Positions 1-11,728 of a DNA stretch of 64,000 nt are shown here, in pieces. A program made the position numbers and the translations under genes. A model generated the notes under the pieces. The model saw only the letters and a list, made by a program, of their open reading frames with translations, searched no databases and was not told where the DNA came from. This DNA comes from Cytophagales bacterium (GTDB taxonomy: Bacteria; Bacteroidota; Bacteroidia; Cytophagales; Bernardetiaceae). Position 1 is the first letter of the stretch, and the number at the start of each line of letters is the position of its first letter. The DNA lies in NCBI GenBank assembly GCA_004293815.1, contig RDZD01000016.1, positions 62,141 through 126,140 of the forward strand, read 5' to 3'.

Positions 1-1
1 G

Positions 2-322
2 GAAGCTCTTCAGTGCGCCACAATCAACGGAGCTAAGTATATACACATGGAAAAAGATTTGGGCAGTATAGAGCCTAATAAACTAGCTGATTTGGTAGTT
101 TTGGACAAAAACCCTCTCGAAAATATTCAATACTCCGAGTATGTGAATATGACTATGATTAACGGACGTTTATACGATGCTAATACCATGCACGAAACGG
201 GTAACTATGAGCGCAAACGCAGCAAGTTTTTCTGGGAACTTAATGGCCAAAACAATAATTTTCCCTGGCACGAGTCCACTAAAAGTTTTGAGCGAATTAA
301 ATGCGCTTGTGGTAAGCACTAA
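2..322 (+). CDS. Amidohydrolase-family protein, C-terminal fragment (5' end cut by the window edge)
   Basis: The open frame runs from position 2 with no start codon. The motif ADLVVLDKNPLENI is typical of metal-dependent amidohydrolase C-termini. Confidence 0.55.
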   Translation, partial: EALQCATINGAKYIHMEKDLGSIEPNKLADLVVLDKNPLENIQYSEYVNMTMINGRLYDANTMHETGNYERKRSKFFWELNGQNNNFPWHESTKSFERIKCACGKH

Positions 323-376
323 AAACCGCGAAGTCAGTTAAAAGTAGTCTGACAACTTAGTTTGGTTATAAAAAAA

Positions 377-414
377 GCAGGTAAATCATTTGATTTACCT
401 GCTTTTTTATTTTG
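377..414. terminator. Rho-independent terminator between convergent genes
   Basis: Inverted repeat agcaggtaaatca / tgatttacctgct (377-403), flanked by an A-run and a T-run. It sits between the convergent amidohydrolase (+) and rpoC (-). Confidence 0.6.
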
Positions 415-424
415 AACTGTTAGC

Positions 425-3400
425 TTAGATATTGATTGCCTTAACAGTGCGCTTACGCTTGATAGTAGGCTCTTTGGTAATACTGCTCACTGATTCGTAT
501 TCTTCCGTGGCTTCTACCTTGATGTTTCTATACTCGCGCAATCCTGTACCAGCTGGTATGAGGTGTCCTACGATAACGTTTTCTTTCAAACCGCGCAAGT
601 CGTCGCGTTTGCCACGAATAGAGGCTTCGCTCAATACTTTTGTAGTTTCTTGGAAAGAAGCCGCTGACATGAAACTGTGAGTGCCAAGAGACGCTTGTGT
701 GATACCCTGAAGCGTAGGTTTAGAAACCGCAGGCTGTGCATCGCGTACTTTAGGCAATTTCATATCTTTGCGCTTAAGCTGAGATACTTCATCGCGTAAT
801 TCACGAACCGAAAGAATCATACCAGGCTTAAGCTTTTTAGAATCGCCCGCATCTGTTACAACTTTCTGATCCAAAATCTCATCGTTGGCTTCACGAATAT
901 CAAATCTATCAACGATTTGATTTGGTAAAAATCTGGTATCGCCTGGTTCTACTACCTCCACTTTTTGCATCATTTGACGTACAATCACCTCGATGTGCTT
1001 GTCATTAATTTTCACACCTTGCATACGGTAAACTTCCTGTATTTCCTTCACAAGATATTCCTGAACAGCCGTAGGACCTTTGATGCTCAAGATATCTGAA
1101 GGCGTTACAGCACCGTCAGAAAGGGCTTCACCTGCACGTACAAAGTCGTTTTCTTGTACCAAAATGTGTTTAGAAAGTGCCACCATATAGCGACGTACCA
1201 AATCTTCTTTCTTAGAACGCACAATGATTTCTCGGTTACCGCGCTTCACTGGGCCGTATTCAATATAACCGTCTATTTCACTCACTACGGCTGGCATAGA
1301 TGGGTTTCTAGCTTCAAACAATTCGGTTACACGTGGCAAACCACCTGTGATATCGCGGTTCTTGCTAGTTGTACGTGGAATTTTTACCAAGATTTGGCCA
1401 GCGCGAACACGTTCGCCATCTTCTACCACAATCAAAGCCCCAACAGGAATGTTACTACTTGCCGTGTCGCCAGAATCGGTTTCTATGACAATAGTTGGGT
1501 TTTTGGTTTTATCTTTGGTCTCAATGATAATCTTCTGAGTGTGTCCTGTTTGGCCGTCTTGGTCGCCTCTATAGGTAATGCCCTCTATGATAGATTCGTA
1601 GCGCACCAAGCCATCAAACTGCGACAGGATAACCGCATTGAAAGGATCCCATACGCAAATATCTGCACCTTTTTCAAGAATTTGACCATCTTTAACGTGC
1701 ATGTACGCACCGTAAGGAATATGAGCAGTCGTAAGAACTCGTCCAGTTTTTGGCTCAACAATCTTCATTTCGGTTGTACGCGACATCACCACGTCTATAG
1801 GATGACCTTCTTCGTTGGTTGTATTCACGATTCTAATTTCTTCCAAAACAAGTTTGCCTGCATATTTGGCCTTCAGCGTAGAGTCGGTGGCCACAGATGT
1901 AGCTACACCACCCACGTGGAAGGTACGAAGTGTCAGCTGAGTACCTGGCTCACCAATAGACTGAGCAGCTACAACACCCACAGCCTCACCAGCTTGTACA
2001 ATTTTACCATTACCCAAGTTGCGGCCATAACACTTAGCACAAACCCCAAAGCGAGTTTCACAAGTAAGTACAGATCTAATTTCTACACCCTCAATACCTG
2101 CTTCTTCAAGTTGTACCGAAATTTCTTCAGATACTTCTTGGCCTGCCTCTAGAATGATGGTGTTGGTTTCAGGGTGATACACATCGTGCAAAGACACGCG
2201 TCCTAGTACTCTGTCTCGCAGTGGCTCCAGAATATCATCACGGTCTTTAAGTGCTGTAATAACAATACCGCGCAGCGTGCCGCAATCAGGCTCTGTTATA
2301 ACCATATCTTGGGCTACGTCCACTAAACGGCGTGTGAGATATCCCGCATCGGCTGTTTTGAGGGCAGTATCTGCCAAACCTTTACGTGCACCGTGAGTAG
2401 AGATAAAGTATTCCAAAACGTCCAAACCTTCTTTAAAGTTAGACAGGATTGGGTTTTCTATGATTTCACCTACCGAGCCTTGTACGTTTTTCTGAGGCTT
2501 ACTCATCAAACCACGCATACCGCCAAGCTGACGAACTTGTTCCTTAGAGCCACGTGCACCTGAGTGCATCATCATATATACAGAGTTGAAACCTTGTTGG
2601 TCTTCCTCTAGCTCACTTAAGAGAATATTACCAACGGTAACGTTCACACGTGTCCAGATGTCAATCACTTGGTTATAGCGTTCGTTATCGGTAATAAGAC
2701 CCATGTAATAGTTTTCACGAACAAGGGATACCTCTTTGTTGGCTTCCTCAATAAGTTTGTGCTTTTTCTCTGGGATCTTGATGTTATCCAAGCCAATAGA
2801 AAGACCTCCTTTGTAGGCTTGTTGGAAGCCCAAGTCTTTGATATCGTCCAAAAACTCTGCTGCTCGCGCCATACCAGCTGTTTTGAATACTAAGCCGATG
2901 ATACGACGCAAAGAGGTTTTGGTCAGAAGCTCATTAATATAGCCAGTTTCTGTAGGCACAATAGTGTTGAATAACACGCGACCAGCAGCTGTTTCAATGA
3001 TTTCTTGAGTAAACTCACCTGTTTTATCATTACGCAAGCGTACTTTTACTTTGATAGGTGCGTGTTTGTCTAGCTTGCCTTCATTGAGCGCGATGATTAC
3101 CTCCTCTGGGCCATAAAACGTGCCGCCAGCACCTTTGACAGGACGCTCAAGGGTTGGTTTACGCACTTTGGTTAAGTAATAAAGACCCAAAACCATATCT
3201 TGAGAAGGTACAGTAATTGGCGCACCGTTAGCAGGGCTAAGAATGTTGTGCGAAGCGAGCATCAAAATTGATGCTTCGAGAATAGCTTCATGTCCGAGTG
3301 GTACGTGAACAGCCATCTGGTCACCGTCAAAGTCGGCGTTGAATGCCGTACAAACCAGAGGGTGAAGCTGTATGGCCTTACCCTCGATGAGTTTAGGCTG

Positions 3401-4756
3401 GAAAGCCTGAATACCCAAGCGGTGCAGCGTAGGCGCACGGTTGAGCATCACAGGGTGTCCTTTGAGTATATTTTCGAGAATGTCCCAGATAACAGGATCT
3501 TTTCTGTCTACAATTTTCTTGGCTGATTTGACTGTTTTGACTATCCCGCGTTCTATAAGTTTGCGAATAACAAAAGGCTTGAACAATTCTGCTGCCATGT
3601 CTTTTGGAAGACCGCATTCGTGTAGCTTGAGTTCTGGACCAACCACAATAACTGAACGGCCAGAATAGTCTACACGCTTACCGAGTAGGTTCTGACGGAA
3701 TCGGCCTTGTTTGCCCTTGAGCATATCGCTCAAAGACTTGAGAGCACGGTTGCCTTCGCCACGTACAGCGTTGATTTTTCGAGAGTTATCAAAAAGTGAG
3801 TCTACAGCCTCTTGAAGCATACGTTTTTCATTGCGCAGAATGACTTCTGGAGCTTTGATATCGATGAGTCGTTTGAGACGATTATTGCGAATAATCACAC
3901 GTCTGTAGAGGTCGTTCAAATCGGAAGTAGCAAAACGCCCCCCGTCTAGAGGCACAAGCGGGCGAAGTTCTGGCGGAATCACTGGCACCATGCGAATAAC
4001 CATCCATTCTGGACGGTTAGGTACATTGCGCGTAGCAGCCTCGCGGAAAGCTTCAACGACTTTCAGACGCTTGAGAGCCTCTGTTTTGCGCTGCTGTGAA
4101 GATTCCGTCGTGGCAGAGTGGCGAAGTTCGTAAGAAAGTTCGTCTAAGTTTACACGTTTAAGCAAAAGCTCGAGAGCTTCCGCGCCCATTTTAGCAATAA
4201 ACTTATCGGGGTGCTCGTCTTCTAGTAATTGATTATCTTTGGGAAGATCGTCTAGGATATCTAAATATTCGTCTTCCGTCAAAAAGTCTAGTCTTACTAT
4301 GTTTTTATTGGCCACTACACCTGGTTGAACCACCACATAGCGTTCATAGTAAATAACCTGATCAAGTTTTTTACTTGACAAGCCTAAAAGGTAGCCAATT
4401 TTATTTGGCAACGAACGAAAGTACCAAATATGCGCTACTGGCACTACAAGCTGTATGTGCCCCATGCGCTCACGCCGAACTTTCTTTTCGGTAACTTCCA
4501 CACCACAACGATCACAAATAATACCTTTGTAACGGATACGCTTGTATTTGCCGCAGTTACATTCCAAGTCCTTGACAGGACCAAAAATGCGCTCGCAAAA
4601 CAAACCTCCCATTTCTGGCTTGTAGGTGCGATAGTTAATGGTTTCGGGTTGGGTTACCTCTCCTTCAGAGCTGTCTAGAATTGACTCTGGCGAGGCTAGA
4701 CTAATAGTGATACTATTGAAGTCGCTCTTGATTTTCTTATTCTTGCGAAATGTCAT
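425..4756 (-). CDS. rpoC: DNA-directed RNA polymerase subunit beta' (RpoC)
   Basis: The ORF product is 1466 aa. It has the N-terminal zinc-finger [35 protein letters not shown] (catalytic Mg site) and conserved beta' blocks throughout. The likely true start is the internal Met MTFRKNKK at 4756. Confidence 0.97.
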   Translation of the reverse strand: MTFRKNKKIKSDFNSITISLASPESILDSSEGEVTQPETINYRTYKPEMGGLFCERIFGPVKDLECNCGKYKRIRYKGIICDRCGVEVTEKKVRRERMGHIQLVVPVAHIWYFRSLPNKIGYLLGLSSKKLDQVIYYERYVVVQPGVVANKNIVRLDFLTEDEYLDILDDLPKDNQLLEDEHPDKFIAKMGAEALELLLKRVNLDELSYELRHSATTESSQQRKTEALKRLKVVEAFREAATRNVPNRPEWMVIRMVPVIPPELRPLVPLDGGRFATSDLNDLYRRVIIRNNRLKRLIDIKAPEVILRNEKRMLQEAVDSLFDNSRKINAVRGEGNRALKSLSDMLKGKQGRFRQNLLGKRVDYSGRSVIVVGPELKLHECGLPKDMAAELFKPFVIRKLIERGIVKTVKSAKKIVDRKDPVIWDILENILKGHPVMLNRAPTLHRLGIQAFQPKLIEGKAIQLHPLVCTAFNADFDGDQMAVHVPLGHEAILEASILMLASHNILSPANGAPITVPSQDMVLGLYYLTKVRKPTLERPVKGAGGTFYGPEEVIIALNEGKLDKHAPIKVKVRLRNDKTGEFTQEIIETAAGRVLFNTIVPTETGYINELLTKTSLRRIIGLVFKTAGMARAAEFLDDIKDLGFQQAYKGGLSIGLDNIKIPEKKHKLIEEANKEVSLVRENYYMGLITDNERYNQVIDIWTRVNVTVGNILLSELEEDQQGFNSVYMMMHSGARGSKEQVRQLGGMRGLMSKPQKNVQGSVGEIIENPILSNFKEGLDVLEYFISTHGARKGLADTALKTADAGYLTRRLVDVAQDMVITEPDCGTLRGIVITALKDRDDILEPLRDRVLGRVSLHDVYHPETNTIILEAGQEVSEEISVQLEEAGIEGVEIRSVLTCETRFGVCAKCYGRNLGNGKIVQAGEAVGVVAAQSIGEPGTQLTLRTFHVGGVATSVATDSTLKAKYAGKLVLEEIRIVNTTNEEGHPIDVVMSRTTEMKIVEPKTGRVLTTAHIPYGAYMHVKDGQILEKGADICVWDPFNAVILSQFDGLVRYESIIEGITYRGDQDGQTGHTQKIIIETKDKTKNPTIVIETDSGDTASSNIPVGALIVVEDGERVRAGQILVKIPRTTSKNRDITGGLPRVTELFEARNPSMPAVVSEIDGYIEYGPVKRGNREIIVRSKKEDLVRRYMVALSKHILVQENDFVRAGEALSDGAVTPSDILSIKGPTAVQEYLVKEIQEVYRMQGVKINDKHIEVIVRQMMQKVEVVEPGDTRFLPNQIVDRFDIREANDEILDQKVVTDAGDSKKLKPGMILSVRELRDEVSQLKRKDMKLPKVRDAQPAVSKPTLQGITQASLGTHSFMSAASFQETTKVLSEASIRGKRDDLRGLKENVIVGHLIPAGTGLREYRNIKVEATEEYESVSSITKEPTIKRKRTVKAINI

Positions 4757-5049
4757 CAGAATGCCTGTTTTCCAAAATTGAACCCGCAAATATAGTAATT
4801 TTTTGAACATATAAAAAAATAACAAAAGTTTTTCTTGTTTTTTTTTGAAATATGTAGATGAAATCTTATGAGAGACCTATTTTTTCTAATTTTTTGATAA
4901 AACGTGATAACAGGGCATACTTTGCTTTTCGTAATTTTACATGAATAGTTTGAACAACAGAAACAACAATTACCAAAAACAAAATGGTAACCTTAACTGT
5001 TAGAGTAACAAAACAGAGTTGGGTTGTATAACTATAAAATGAGACTGAA

Positions 5050-6177
5050 ATGTGGGTTAAAATTTTATTAGTGGCCTTTACGGTACTGATTTTAATGGTA
5101 TTGGGCGTACTATTCTATTTCAAATACAAGTTAAATAACGTTCAAGATAGGCAAGACTTAGCGGCCTCCATTGCTGCTCTATCTACTAAGTATGTAGCTG
5201 AAGATAAAGCTTACGGTTTGGTGGTGGCTGTGGTTAAGCAAAACAAAACTTTTGTGGGCACGTATGGCACAACGCACCGCGATAAGCACCAGCCTCCCAA
5301 CGCACATACCTTATTTGAGCTAGCCTCCACAAGCAAACTCTTTACCACTTGCACCTTGCAGCTTTTGGCTGATAGAGAACAGCTTGCTCTGGACGAAAAA
5401 ATACAATCCATCTTGGAGGATCGAGTACGGTTGCCTGCCTCTGCTCAAACCACTACTTTGCGACATTTAGCCACTCATACAGCTGGATTCCCGCCTCTTC
5501 CCGAATCTTTTCTGGCTAAAATGACTGAAGAAACGAATCCCTACAAAGATTTAAAGCTTTCTGATTTGTATGAATACCTCAAAAACTGCAAAGGGAAATT
5601 ATCTGAAGGCCACTTTGAGTATTCTAATTTTGGTATGGGGCTTTTGGGTCATTTGCTGGAGCTTAAAACTGGCATCCATTATGAACAGCTAGTCAAGCAA
5701 ACTTTACTCAAAGAGCTGAACATGAACCAAACTGTGGTCAATATGGACAGCTCTCAACTGTCCCAATTGGCTCAAGGATATAACGAAAAAGGCCAGCCTA
5801 CACCAGTTTGGATTGATCCTGTATTGACAGGAGCAGGTTCATTTTTATCCAATGCAACAGATATGATTCAGTTCATTAAAGCCAACTTGCAGGAAGATGC
5901 CACAGACATCTCCAAATCCCTCATCAGTACCCATGCTGAACAGCTGGGAAGTGGTGCTGGGCTGGGGTGGATGCTTCCTTCTACTGCTGACAAATTAATG
6001 GGCAACAAAAGCATCTTATGGCATAATGGGATGGCAGGTGGTTATGCTAGTTTTCTGGTTATAGACAAACTAAATAACTATGGTTTGGTGGTGCTTTCCA
6101 ACAAAGCTGTAGATGTTACTGACTTGGGACTTAGACTAAGTCTGTTAACCCGAACTCAGTCATGGAAGCCTCTTTAG
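5050..6177 (+). CDS. Serine hydrolase of the beta-lactamase family (class C-like), membrane-anchored
   Basis: N-terminal TM helix; SxxK motif (ASTSKLFT), YxN motif (YSNFG) and a KTG-like HNGMAGGY motif. Confidence 0.75.
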   Translation: MWVKILLVAFTVLILMVLGVLFYFKYKLNNVQDRQDLAASIAALSTKYVAEDKAYGLVVAVVKQNKTFVGTYGTTHRDKHQPPNAHTLFELASTSKLFTTCTLQLLADREQLALDEKIQSILEDRVRLPASAQTTTLRHLATHTAGFPPLPESFLAKMTEETNPYKDLKLSDLYEYLKNCKGKLSEGHFEYSNFGMGLLGHLLELKTGIHYEQLVKQTLLKELNMNQTVVNMDSSQLSQLAQGYNEKGQPTPVWIDPVLTGAGSFLSNATDMIQFIKANLQEDATDISKSLISTHAEQLGSGAGLGWMLPSTADKLMGNKSILWHNGMAGGYASFLVIDKLNNYGLVVLSNKAVDVTDLGLRLSLLTRTQSWKPL

Positions 6178-6278
6178 AAATTAATTCCTAAAAAATGTTA
6201 TCAAAAAAGCGGCAAAGAATGTTTGACGTAACATCAAATAAAGCATAATTTGGGCACTCTTTTTGAAACGAAAAACAA

Positions 6279-6680
6279 ATGAAACAATCTAAACTAATTT
6301 TTTTGACTTTGCTTTTTTTACTGTGCTTGAACACCTCTTTGGCTTGGGCTCAGAGCGAACGTGTGGGCTACTTGCGCATCAAAAAAACTGAACTGAGCTT
6401 TGGAGAAGTTAAACAAGGTGATAAGGCTAAGGTCATTTATGAGTGCGAAAATACTGGCAACTATCCCGTTATCATTAACCAAGTGAGAGGCAGCTGTGGC
6501 TGTGTGGTGGGAGACTATCCACGCGAACCCATAGCACCCAATGAAAAGGCAAAAATTGAAATTATTTTTAACACACAAGGCAAGCAGGGGGCTCAAAAAA
6601 AGATAATTACTATTGTGAGCAATGCTGAAAATTCAGAACTCAAGCTCATTCTTACAGGCACGGTGTTGGGCACAAAGTAA
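6279..6680 (+). CDS. DUF1573-domain secreted protein
   Basis: Signal peptide followed by the characteristic VRGSCGCVVGD (SCGC) core of Bacteroidota DUF1573 proteins. Confidence 0.6.
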   Translation: MKQSKLIFLTLLFLLCLNTSLAWAQSERVGYLRIKKTELSFGEVKQGDKAKVIYECENTGNYPVIINQVRGSCGCVVGDYPREPIAPNEKAKIEIIFNTQGKQGAQKKIITIVSNAENSELKLILTGTVLGTK

Positions 6681-6695
6681 AATCTGAAATCTTGT

Positions 6696-7253
6696 ATGAA
6701 CACTGCAAAACCTTTGGTTGTGGCCATTGTAGGCGGCGAAAGCAGCGGTAAAACTCAGCTGGCAAAGCAGTTGGCAGCGCATTATAAAACTGGCTGGAGT
6801 CCTGAATTTGTGCGACTGTACCTAGACCAAAAACGAGACATAGATGAGTCAAATGACCTCAATATTGTAGAGGTAGGTGATATCCGCAGTATTGTATTTG
6901 GGCAAACCGCTTTGGAAGAAGCCCTTTGTTTACAGCCTTTTGAGTTGGTTTTTATGGATACTTGCCTGATTATGACTAAGCTTTACACAGACTATTATCT
7001 AAAAGAAAATTTCTCTTACGTAGATAAACTCTTGGTTACGAGGCAATATGATTATTTTTTATTACTACAAAGCGACTTGGAGTGGGAGGCAGATGATCAA
7101 CGTGAGTCCCCAGATGTATCTCAATTTTTTTATGAAACGATTCGCAATTATTTAATAAACAACCATCTACCTTTTACCGAAATCTATGGACAAGGTGACG
7201 CGCGATTTCATTTGGCTGTTCAGGCTGTAGAGTCTTGGCAAAAGAAGTTTTGA
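6696..7253 (+). CDS. P-loop AAA-type ATPase/kinase (NadR-like nicotinamide-riboside kinase domain)
   Basis: Walker A motif VAIVGGESSGKTQLAKQLA. Size and layout resemble the NadR C-terminal kinase domain. Confidence 0.45.
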   Translation: MNTAKPLVVAIVGGESSGKTQLAKQLAAHYKTGWSPEFVRLYLDQKRDIDESNDLNIVEVGDIRSIVFGQTALEEALCLQPFELVFMDTCLIMTKLYTDYYLKENFSYVDKLLVTRQYDYFLLLQSDLEWEADDQRESPDVSQFFYETIRNYLINNHLPFTEIYGQGDARFHLAVQAVESWQKKF

Positions 7254-7400
7254 GCTGCGGCATGCTTTGCGATGGCCAGTTAAAGGCTTAAAAAATGATA
7301 AATCCAAAAATTGTGAGCAGGAACATCAGCATAAAGTTGCTTGTGACATTTTTTTTGTAGAACTTCGCATAACTTTATGCCACTTAGTTCCTAGACCATT

Positions 7401-8966
7401 ATGCGATTACATACACCAACACACAAAACACTCAAGAATCTCTTTGCTTCGCATTTTCTAAAGTGTTATTTACTTGTTCTATTTTTGGGGGGCTGTCAAA
7501 ATCCTGATGAGGTCTGCCCCGAACTATCAGTGAGCTACTTGGGGCAGTCAATTCAAAACGGTGGAGTCCTAAAAGTGCCTTCAGGTATTATCAATATCAC
7601 CCAGAATTTTGTGTTTGAGGTTCAAAATACGGGTGGGGCTGTTTTAAAAATTGGTGAAATCTCTTCTAACAATCTCCAAACCAGTGTTACCCAGATAGCT
7701 ACAAATCGTCTTAACGAATCTCAGAAAAGTACATTTGGGCTTGCGTGGACTCCTAACAAATTGGGGACACAACAAGCCACTATTTCATTTGCTAACAATG
7801 ATTTTGACGAAAATCCTTTTGTGTTTTCTATTGAATTAGAATCATTGCCAGTGCCCAAACCAGAAATCGCCTTAAGAGCTTTAGATACTGATATTCAAGA
7901 TGATGTAACAGTTTTGCCCATGGCTTCAATCGTAGCGGGTTCATCTGGTAGATTGACTGTAACGGTACAAAATCTTGGCGGAGAGCTTTTGAACTTAGGT
8001 GCTATCAGACTTTCCAATCCCATTTTTAGACTCTCAAAAGAGCTGGGGAAAACTGTATTGCAACCTTCTGAAAGTACTACTTTTGAAGTGCTGGCTGAGC
8101 CAACCTCAGCAGATAATTATGAATGTACGGTGAGTTTGGACAATAACGACGAGAACGAAAATCCTTTCAGTTTTAAAATTATCCTTAGGGCTTTACCAAT
8201 TCCCACGCCTGACATCTCTGTAATTTGGAATACTTCTGAAGAATCAGAAATTCCAAATGGCTACACGATTACAATAAATCTCCTACAGTCCTTCAACGAA
8301 AGGCTTAACTTCAGCATTAGAAACGTAGGCGCGGCACCGCTCACAATTAGCCGTGTGGAAACCTGTGGCGACCCCGCTTTCACTGCTAAACTGAATAACC
8401 CTAAAAAACTAGCACCTGGAGAAAGTACCTCAATGGACGTTACAGTGTCAGGCATTGGCTCTTTGGGCGAACGTAACTGCGATTTAAAAATTTTCAGCGA
8501 CGATCCAGACGAAAACCCCTTTATTATCAAACTTAAATTACAGCTTGGTAAGCCACGCCTCACCATTGACTTTGAAAGCTCGGAACTGCCTGAAGGCATA
8601 AACACTGTTCCGTCTGACTCTGGGCCAAATAGAACATTGTTTTTAGCGAACTTTAAAGTAAACGACCCCGAAAATTTGGTAGACAACGATGCTGAATTGG
8701 TCATCAATTTCAGATTCAGTAACGGCGCGGGTGGTACTACACGCCGACGTACCACCGATGGACGCACAGGTAAAATTGCTTTTGACGCTGCTTTTGATAA
8801 TATGGACTACTTTACCAGCATACGTTTTGGTAACGACTCTGATTTCGTGGAATTTGCGGTATACTTGGAAACTAAATCGAAAGTAATCAGCAATCAAGAG
8901 AAATTTATCATTAACAAACCTTTAGGGGCAAACCGCGAGAAGTTAAGCAGTGCAGAACTTAAATAA
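7401..8966 (+). CDS. Lipoprotein with three tandem ~116-aa Ig-like repeats
   Basis: Lipobox LFLGGC. Each of three repeats ends with D(E/P)(N/D)ENPFxFxIxL: DFDENPFVFSIEL, DENENPFSFKIIL and DPDENPFIIKLKL. Confidence 0.5.
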   Translation: MRLHTPTHKTLKNLFASHFLKCYLLVLFLGGCQNPDEVCPELSVSYLGQSIQNGGVLKVPSGIINITQNFVFEVQNTGGAVLKIGEISSNNLQTSVTQIATNRLNESQKSTFGLAWTPNKLGTQQATISFANNDFDENPFVFSIELESLPVPKPEIALRALDTDIQDDVTVLPMASIVAGSSGRLTVTVQNLGGELLNLGAIRLSNPIFRLSKELGKTVLQPSESTTFEVLAEPTSADNYECTVSLDNNDENENPFSFKIILRALPIPTPDISVIWNTSEESEIPNGYTITINLLQSFNERLNFSIRNVGAAPLTISRVETCGDPAFTAKLNNPKKLAPGESTSMDVTVSGIGSLGERNCDLKIFSDDPDENPFIIKLKLQLGKPRLTIDFESSELPEGINTVPSDSGPNRTLFLANFKVNDPENLVDNDAELVINFRFSNGAGGTTRRRTTDGRTGKIAFDAAFDNMDYFTSIRFGNDSDFVEFAVYLETKSKVISNQEKFIINKPLGANREKLSSAELK

Positions 8967-9062
8967 AATATAAATTCTGCTAAAGGTAAAAGACTTTTTC
9001 ATTAGCTATAAAATAAAAAAATGCGCGTGTAGAACTTCTACTGATGCAAAAAAAACAATCCA

Positions 9063-11555
9063 ATGACTCGTAATTATTTTTTATTGCTACCAGAAGAAAT
9101 CTTACGCATATCTGTATTCATTACTTTGTTTGTATGTGTTTTTTCTGCTTGTATTCCAATAAAAAAAATACCCGAAGATCAAAAACTTCTTTACGAACAA
9201 ACGATTGTTGGCACAAAAAATATTCCTACAGAAGATTTAGAATTGTTTTTTCGTCAAAAGCCCAATCGCCGTATTTTGTATTTTCCTTCGATGCCCTACT
9301 TGTATGCTTATTACATTGGGCTTAGATACTTTCCTAAGCAAAAAGAAAAATTTATACAACAGCTTAGTGCTACTCAAATAGAGTTTGATACAAAAATTCT
9401 CAATACAGAAGACTCTACAGAAGACGGTATGGCGGCAAAACAAAAATTGATAAGAAAACGTGATAAAAAAATTAAAAAACTTGAAACCAAAATAAATGAA
9501 GGAAATTGGATGATGCGTTCTGTTGGCGAAAAACCTTGTTTTTATGATAGCATAATAATGAAACAAACAGCCAATCAAATGAATTTATATCTTAAACAAC
9601 AAGGTTTTTTTGAAAATGTAGTTAGTACAAACGTCAAAATAAAAGGCCGCAGTCAAAAAAAAGTTATAGTAACTTATTTTGTAAAAGAAAACGAGCCACA
9701 TTTTGTAAAAAAATGCTTATATTTTATTAATGATACCAATATTTTAAACTTAGTCGTAAAGAATAAATCAAAATCTTATATTGAAGAAAATAAAATATTT
9801 AGTGAATCTAGTTTAGCTTTGGAGCGAGACAGAATATTTAGCGTACTAAAAAATAATGGTTATTTGAATTTTACTAAAGATTATATTCATTTTCAAATAG
9901 ACAGTAACTTGGTAGAACCTTATCAGCTCAATATAAAACTTTTTGTAGATGATATAAGTGAAAAAACTCAACACTTAAAATATACTATCAAGCAAGTTAA
10001 TTTTATATCTGATTATGAAAAAGGTATTTTGCTTCAAAAACAAAGTATTTATCAAGATGTATCCTATATTTATCACGGAAAACATTATTCTCGTAAGATT
10101 TTAGATAAAAAAATAAAAATTAGAGTCGGCGACTTGTATAATGATCAAGCTGCTATCGTTACACAGCGTTCACTTGGCGGCATGGATTTGTTTAAATTTG
10201 TCAATATTCGCTTTGATACTGTAGGTACAGAATGCACAGCTAACATTTATACAAGTTCCTATCCCAAATATAACGTTTCTTTTGAAACAGGGGTAAGTGT
10301 TTCTCAGTCTATACCAGGTCCATTCTTCAGCGGATCTTTTTCTGTCCGCAATTTTTTAAGAGCTGGTGAAATTATACAATTCAATGGTCGTGGCTTGGTA
10401 GAAGCTCAAACTACTCAACTGAGTGGTATTATCTCGCGAAAGCAAGCTCGTGAAATGAATTTGAATATTTCTACCACTGTGCCCAAGCTCTTGCTCCCTA
10501 CGCCTGTGCGTTTACGCAGCTTTCTGGGGCCTTACAACCCCCAAACTAAAGTACAAACGGGTTATCAGGTGGCTAGACGTATAGAATATAGTCGTTCAAA
10601 TTTGCTAAGTTATCTCAAATATAGCCTTTACAATAACAGGAATACCACTTACAGCATTAATTTATATGATTTAAACCTGATTATTACTGACAGCATTAGC
10701 CCTCAGTTTGTCCAGAACCTTATCAAAATTACCAACAATAATGCTCTTTTGCAGAGTTTCAAAAGCTCAGCCGTAGTAAGTAGCTCAGCAACAATTACAT
10801 ATAACAGCAACTTAAAAGCTCTACGCAAGGCTAGTATTTACTGGCAGCCAACTGTGGAAAGTGGTGGCAGTAGTCTGGGGCGTTTGCTGGGACAGGGTTT
10901 TTTAGGCGATCAAATTCAGCGTGTTTTTAAGCGTGACAGTTTGGTATTTTTTAGCTTTTTTAGAGCTTCTTCTGATATGCGCATGACTATACCCACAAGG
11001 CGCAACTCAGTTTTAGCTATTCGCTTCAATGTTGGCATTGCCAGCCCTTCGGGTACGGGCAACTCAAGCTTGGTTTTACCATACGAAAAGTACTTTTTCG
11101 TGGGCGGTAGCAATAGCATCAGGGCTTTCAATGCCAGACGTTTAGGGCCAGGTAGCTATAATCAAAATGACAGCATAGAAGGCGCGCGCCCCACTTACCA
11201 GCTAGAGCAGCCCGGTGAAGTTATGTTAGAAACTTGTATTGAGCTGCGCAAGAAATTGGTATCTTTTGTAGAGGGTGCTGTTTTCCTAGATGCTGGCAAT
11301 ACTTGGATGATTTCCCAAGACAACCGAAAAGGATCACAGTTTAGCAAAAATTTTTGGCGCGAAATTGCTCTTGGACTTGGTGCTGGCCTGAGGCTGGATT
11401 TTGAGTTTCTCATTATTCGTACCGACGTAGGCATAAAAACTTACGAACCAGCTCGGCCACTTGGCCAACGCTGGGTCATAGACAATCTCACATGGGGCGG
11501 CCTTTTTAACGGCAGACAAAGCGTATGGCACATTGCTATTGGTTATCCTTTTTAA
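9063..11555 (+). CDS. Omp85-family outer membrane protein (BamA/TamA-like)
   Basis: 830 aa with an N-terminal signal/lipobox. The C-terminal beta-barrel carries surface-antigen-like motifs (GAGLRLDF...IRTDVGIK) and a terminal aromatic residue (GYPF). Confidence 0.55.
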   Translation: MTRNYFLLLPEEILRISVFITLFVCVFSACIPIKKIPEDQKLLYEQTIVGTKNIPTEDLELFFRQKPNRRILYFPSMPYLYAYYIGLRYFPKQKEKFIQQLSATQIEFDTKILNTEDSTEDGMAAKQKLIRKRDKKIKKLETKINEGNWMMRSVGEKPCFYDSIIMKQTANQMNLYLKQQGFFENVVSTNVKIKGRSQKKVIVTYFVKENEPHFVKKCLYFINDTNILNLVVKNKSKSYIEENKIFSESSLALERDRIFSVLKNNGYLNFTKDYIHFQIDSNLVEPYQLNIKLFVDDISEKTQHLKYTIKQVNFISDYEKGILLQKQSIYQDVSYIYHGKHYSRKILDKKIKIRVGDLYNDQAAIVTQRSLGGMDLFKFVNIRFDTVGTECTANIYTSSYPKYNVSFETGVSVSQSIPGPFFSGSFSVRNFLRAGEIIQFNGRGLVEAQTTQLSGIISRKQAREMNLNISTTVPKLLLPTPVRLRSFLGPYNPQTKVQTGYQVARRIEYSRSNLLSYLKYSLYNNRNTTYSINLYDLNLIITDSISPQFVQNLIKITNNNALLQSFKSSAVVSSSATITYNSNLKALRKASIYWQPTVESGGSSLGRLLGQGFLGDQIQRVFKRDSLVFFSFFRASSDMRMTIPTRRNSVLAIRFNVGIASPSGTGNSSLVLPYEKYFFVGGSNSIRAFNARRLGPGSYNQNDSIEGARPTYQLEQPGEVMLETCIELRKKLVSFVEGAVFLDAGNTWMISQDNRKGSQFSKNFWREIALGLGAGLRLDFEFLIIRTDVGIKTYEPARPLGQRWVIDNLTWGGLFNGRQSVWHIAIGYPF

Positions 11556-11728
11556 AAACTTCTTTTTGTCTTGAAGAGAATCTGCTATTTTTCCAATAAT
11601 TTTTATCTCAAATTTGCTTTTGCATAAAAATAATAAATAAATTGCGCCGTCATTGGCCTTATTCTGTTCGCTATCTTGCGCAAATGAAGGTCAACAATCC
11701 TGTATTGTAAAAATATATTTGTATCAAC

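Noticed and set aside
1154-2152. 332-aa + strand ORF and several shorter ORFs antisense to rpoC (432..680, 1347..1538, 2669..2893, 3290..3668, 4430..4678)
   Set aside because: They lie entirely inside the strongly supported rpoC coding region on the opposite strand, with low-complexity, stop-free antisense frames and no motifs. They are artefacts of the long GC-balanced gene.
4826-5049. Remnant of rpoB upstream of rpoC
   Set aside because: All frames are interrupted by stops and the AT-rich sequence carries no RpoB-like segment. It is treated as genuine intergenic DNA (see the finding on the rpoB/rpoC split).
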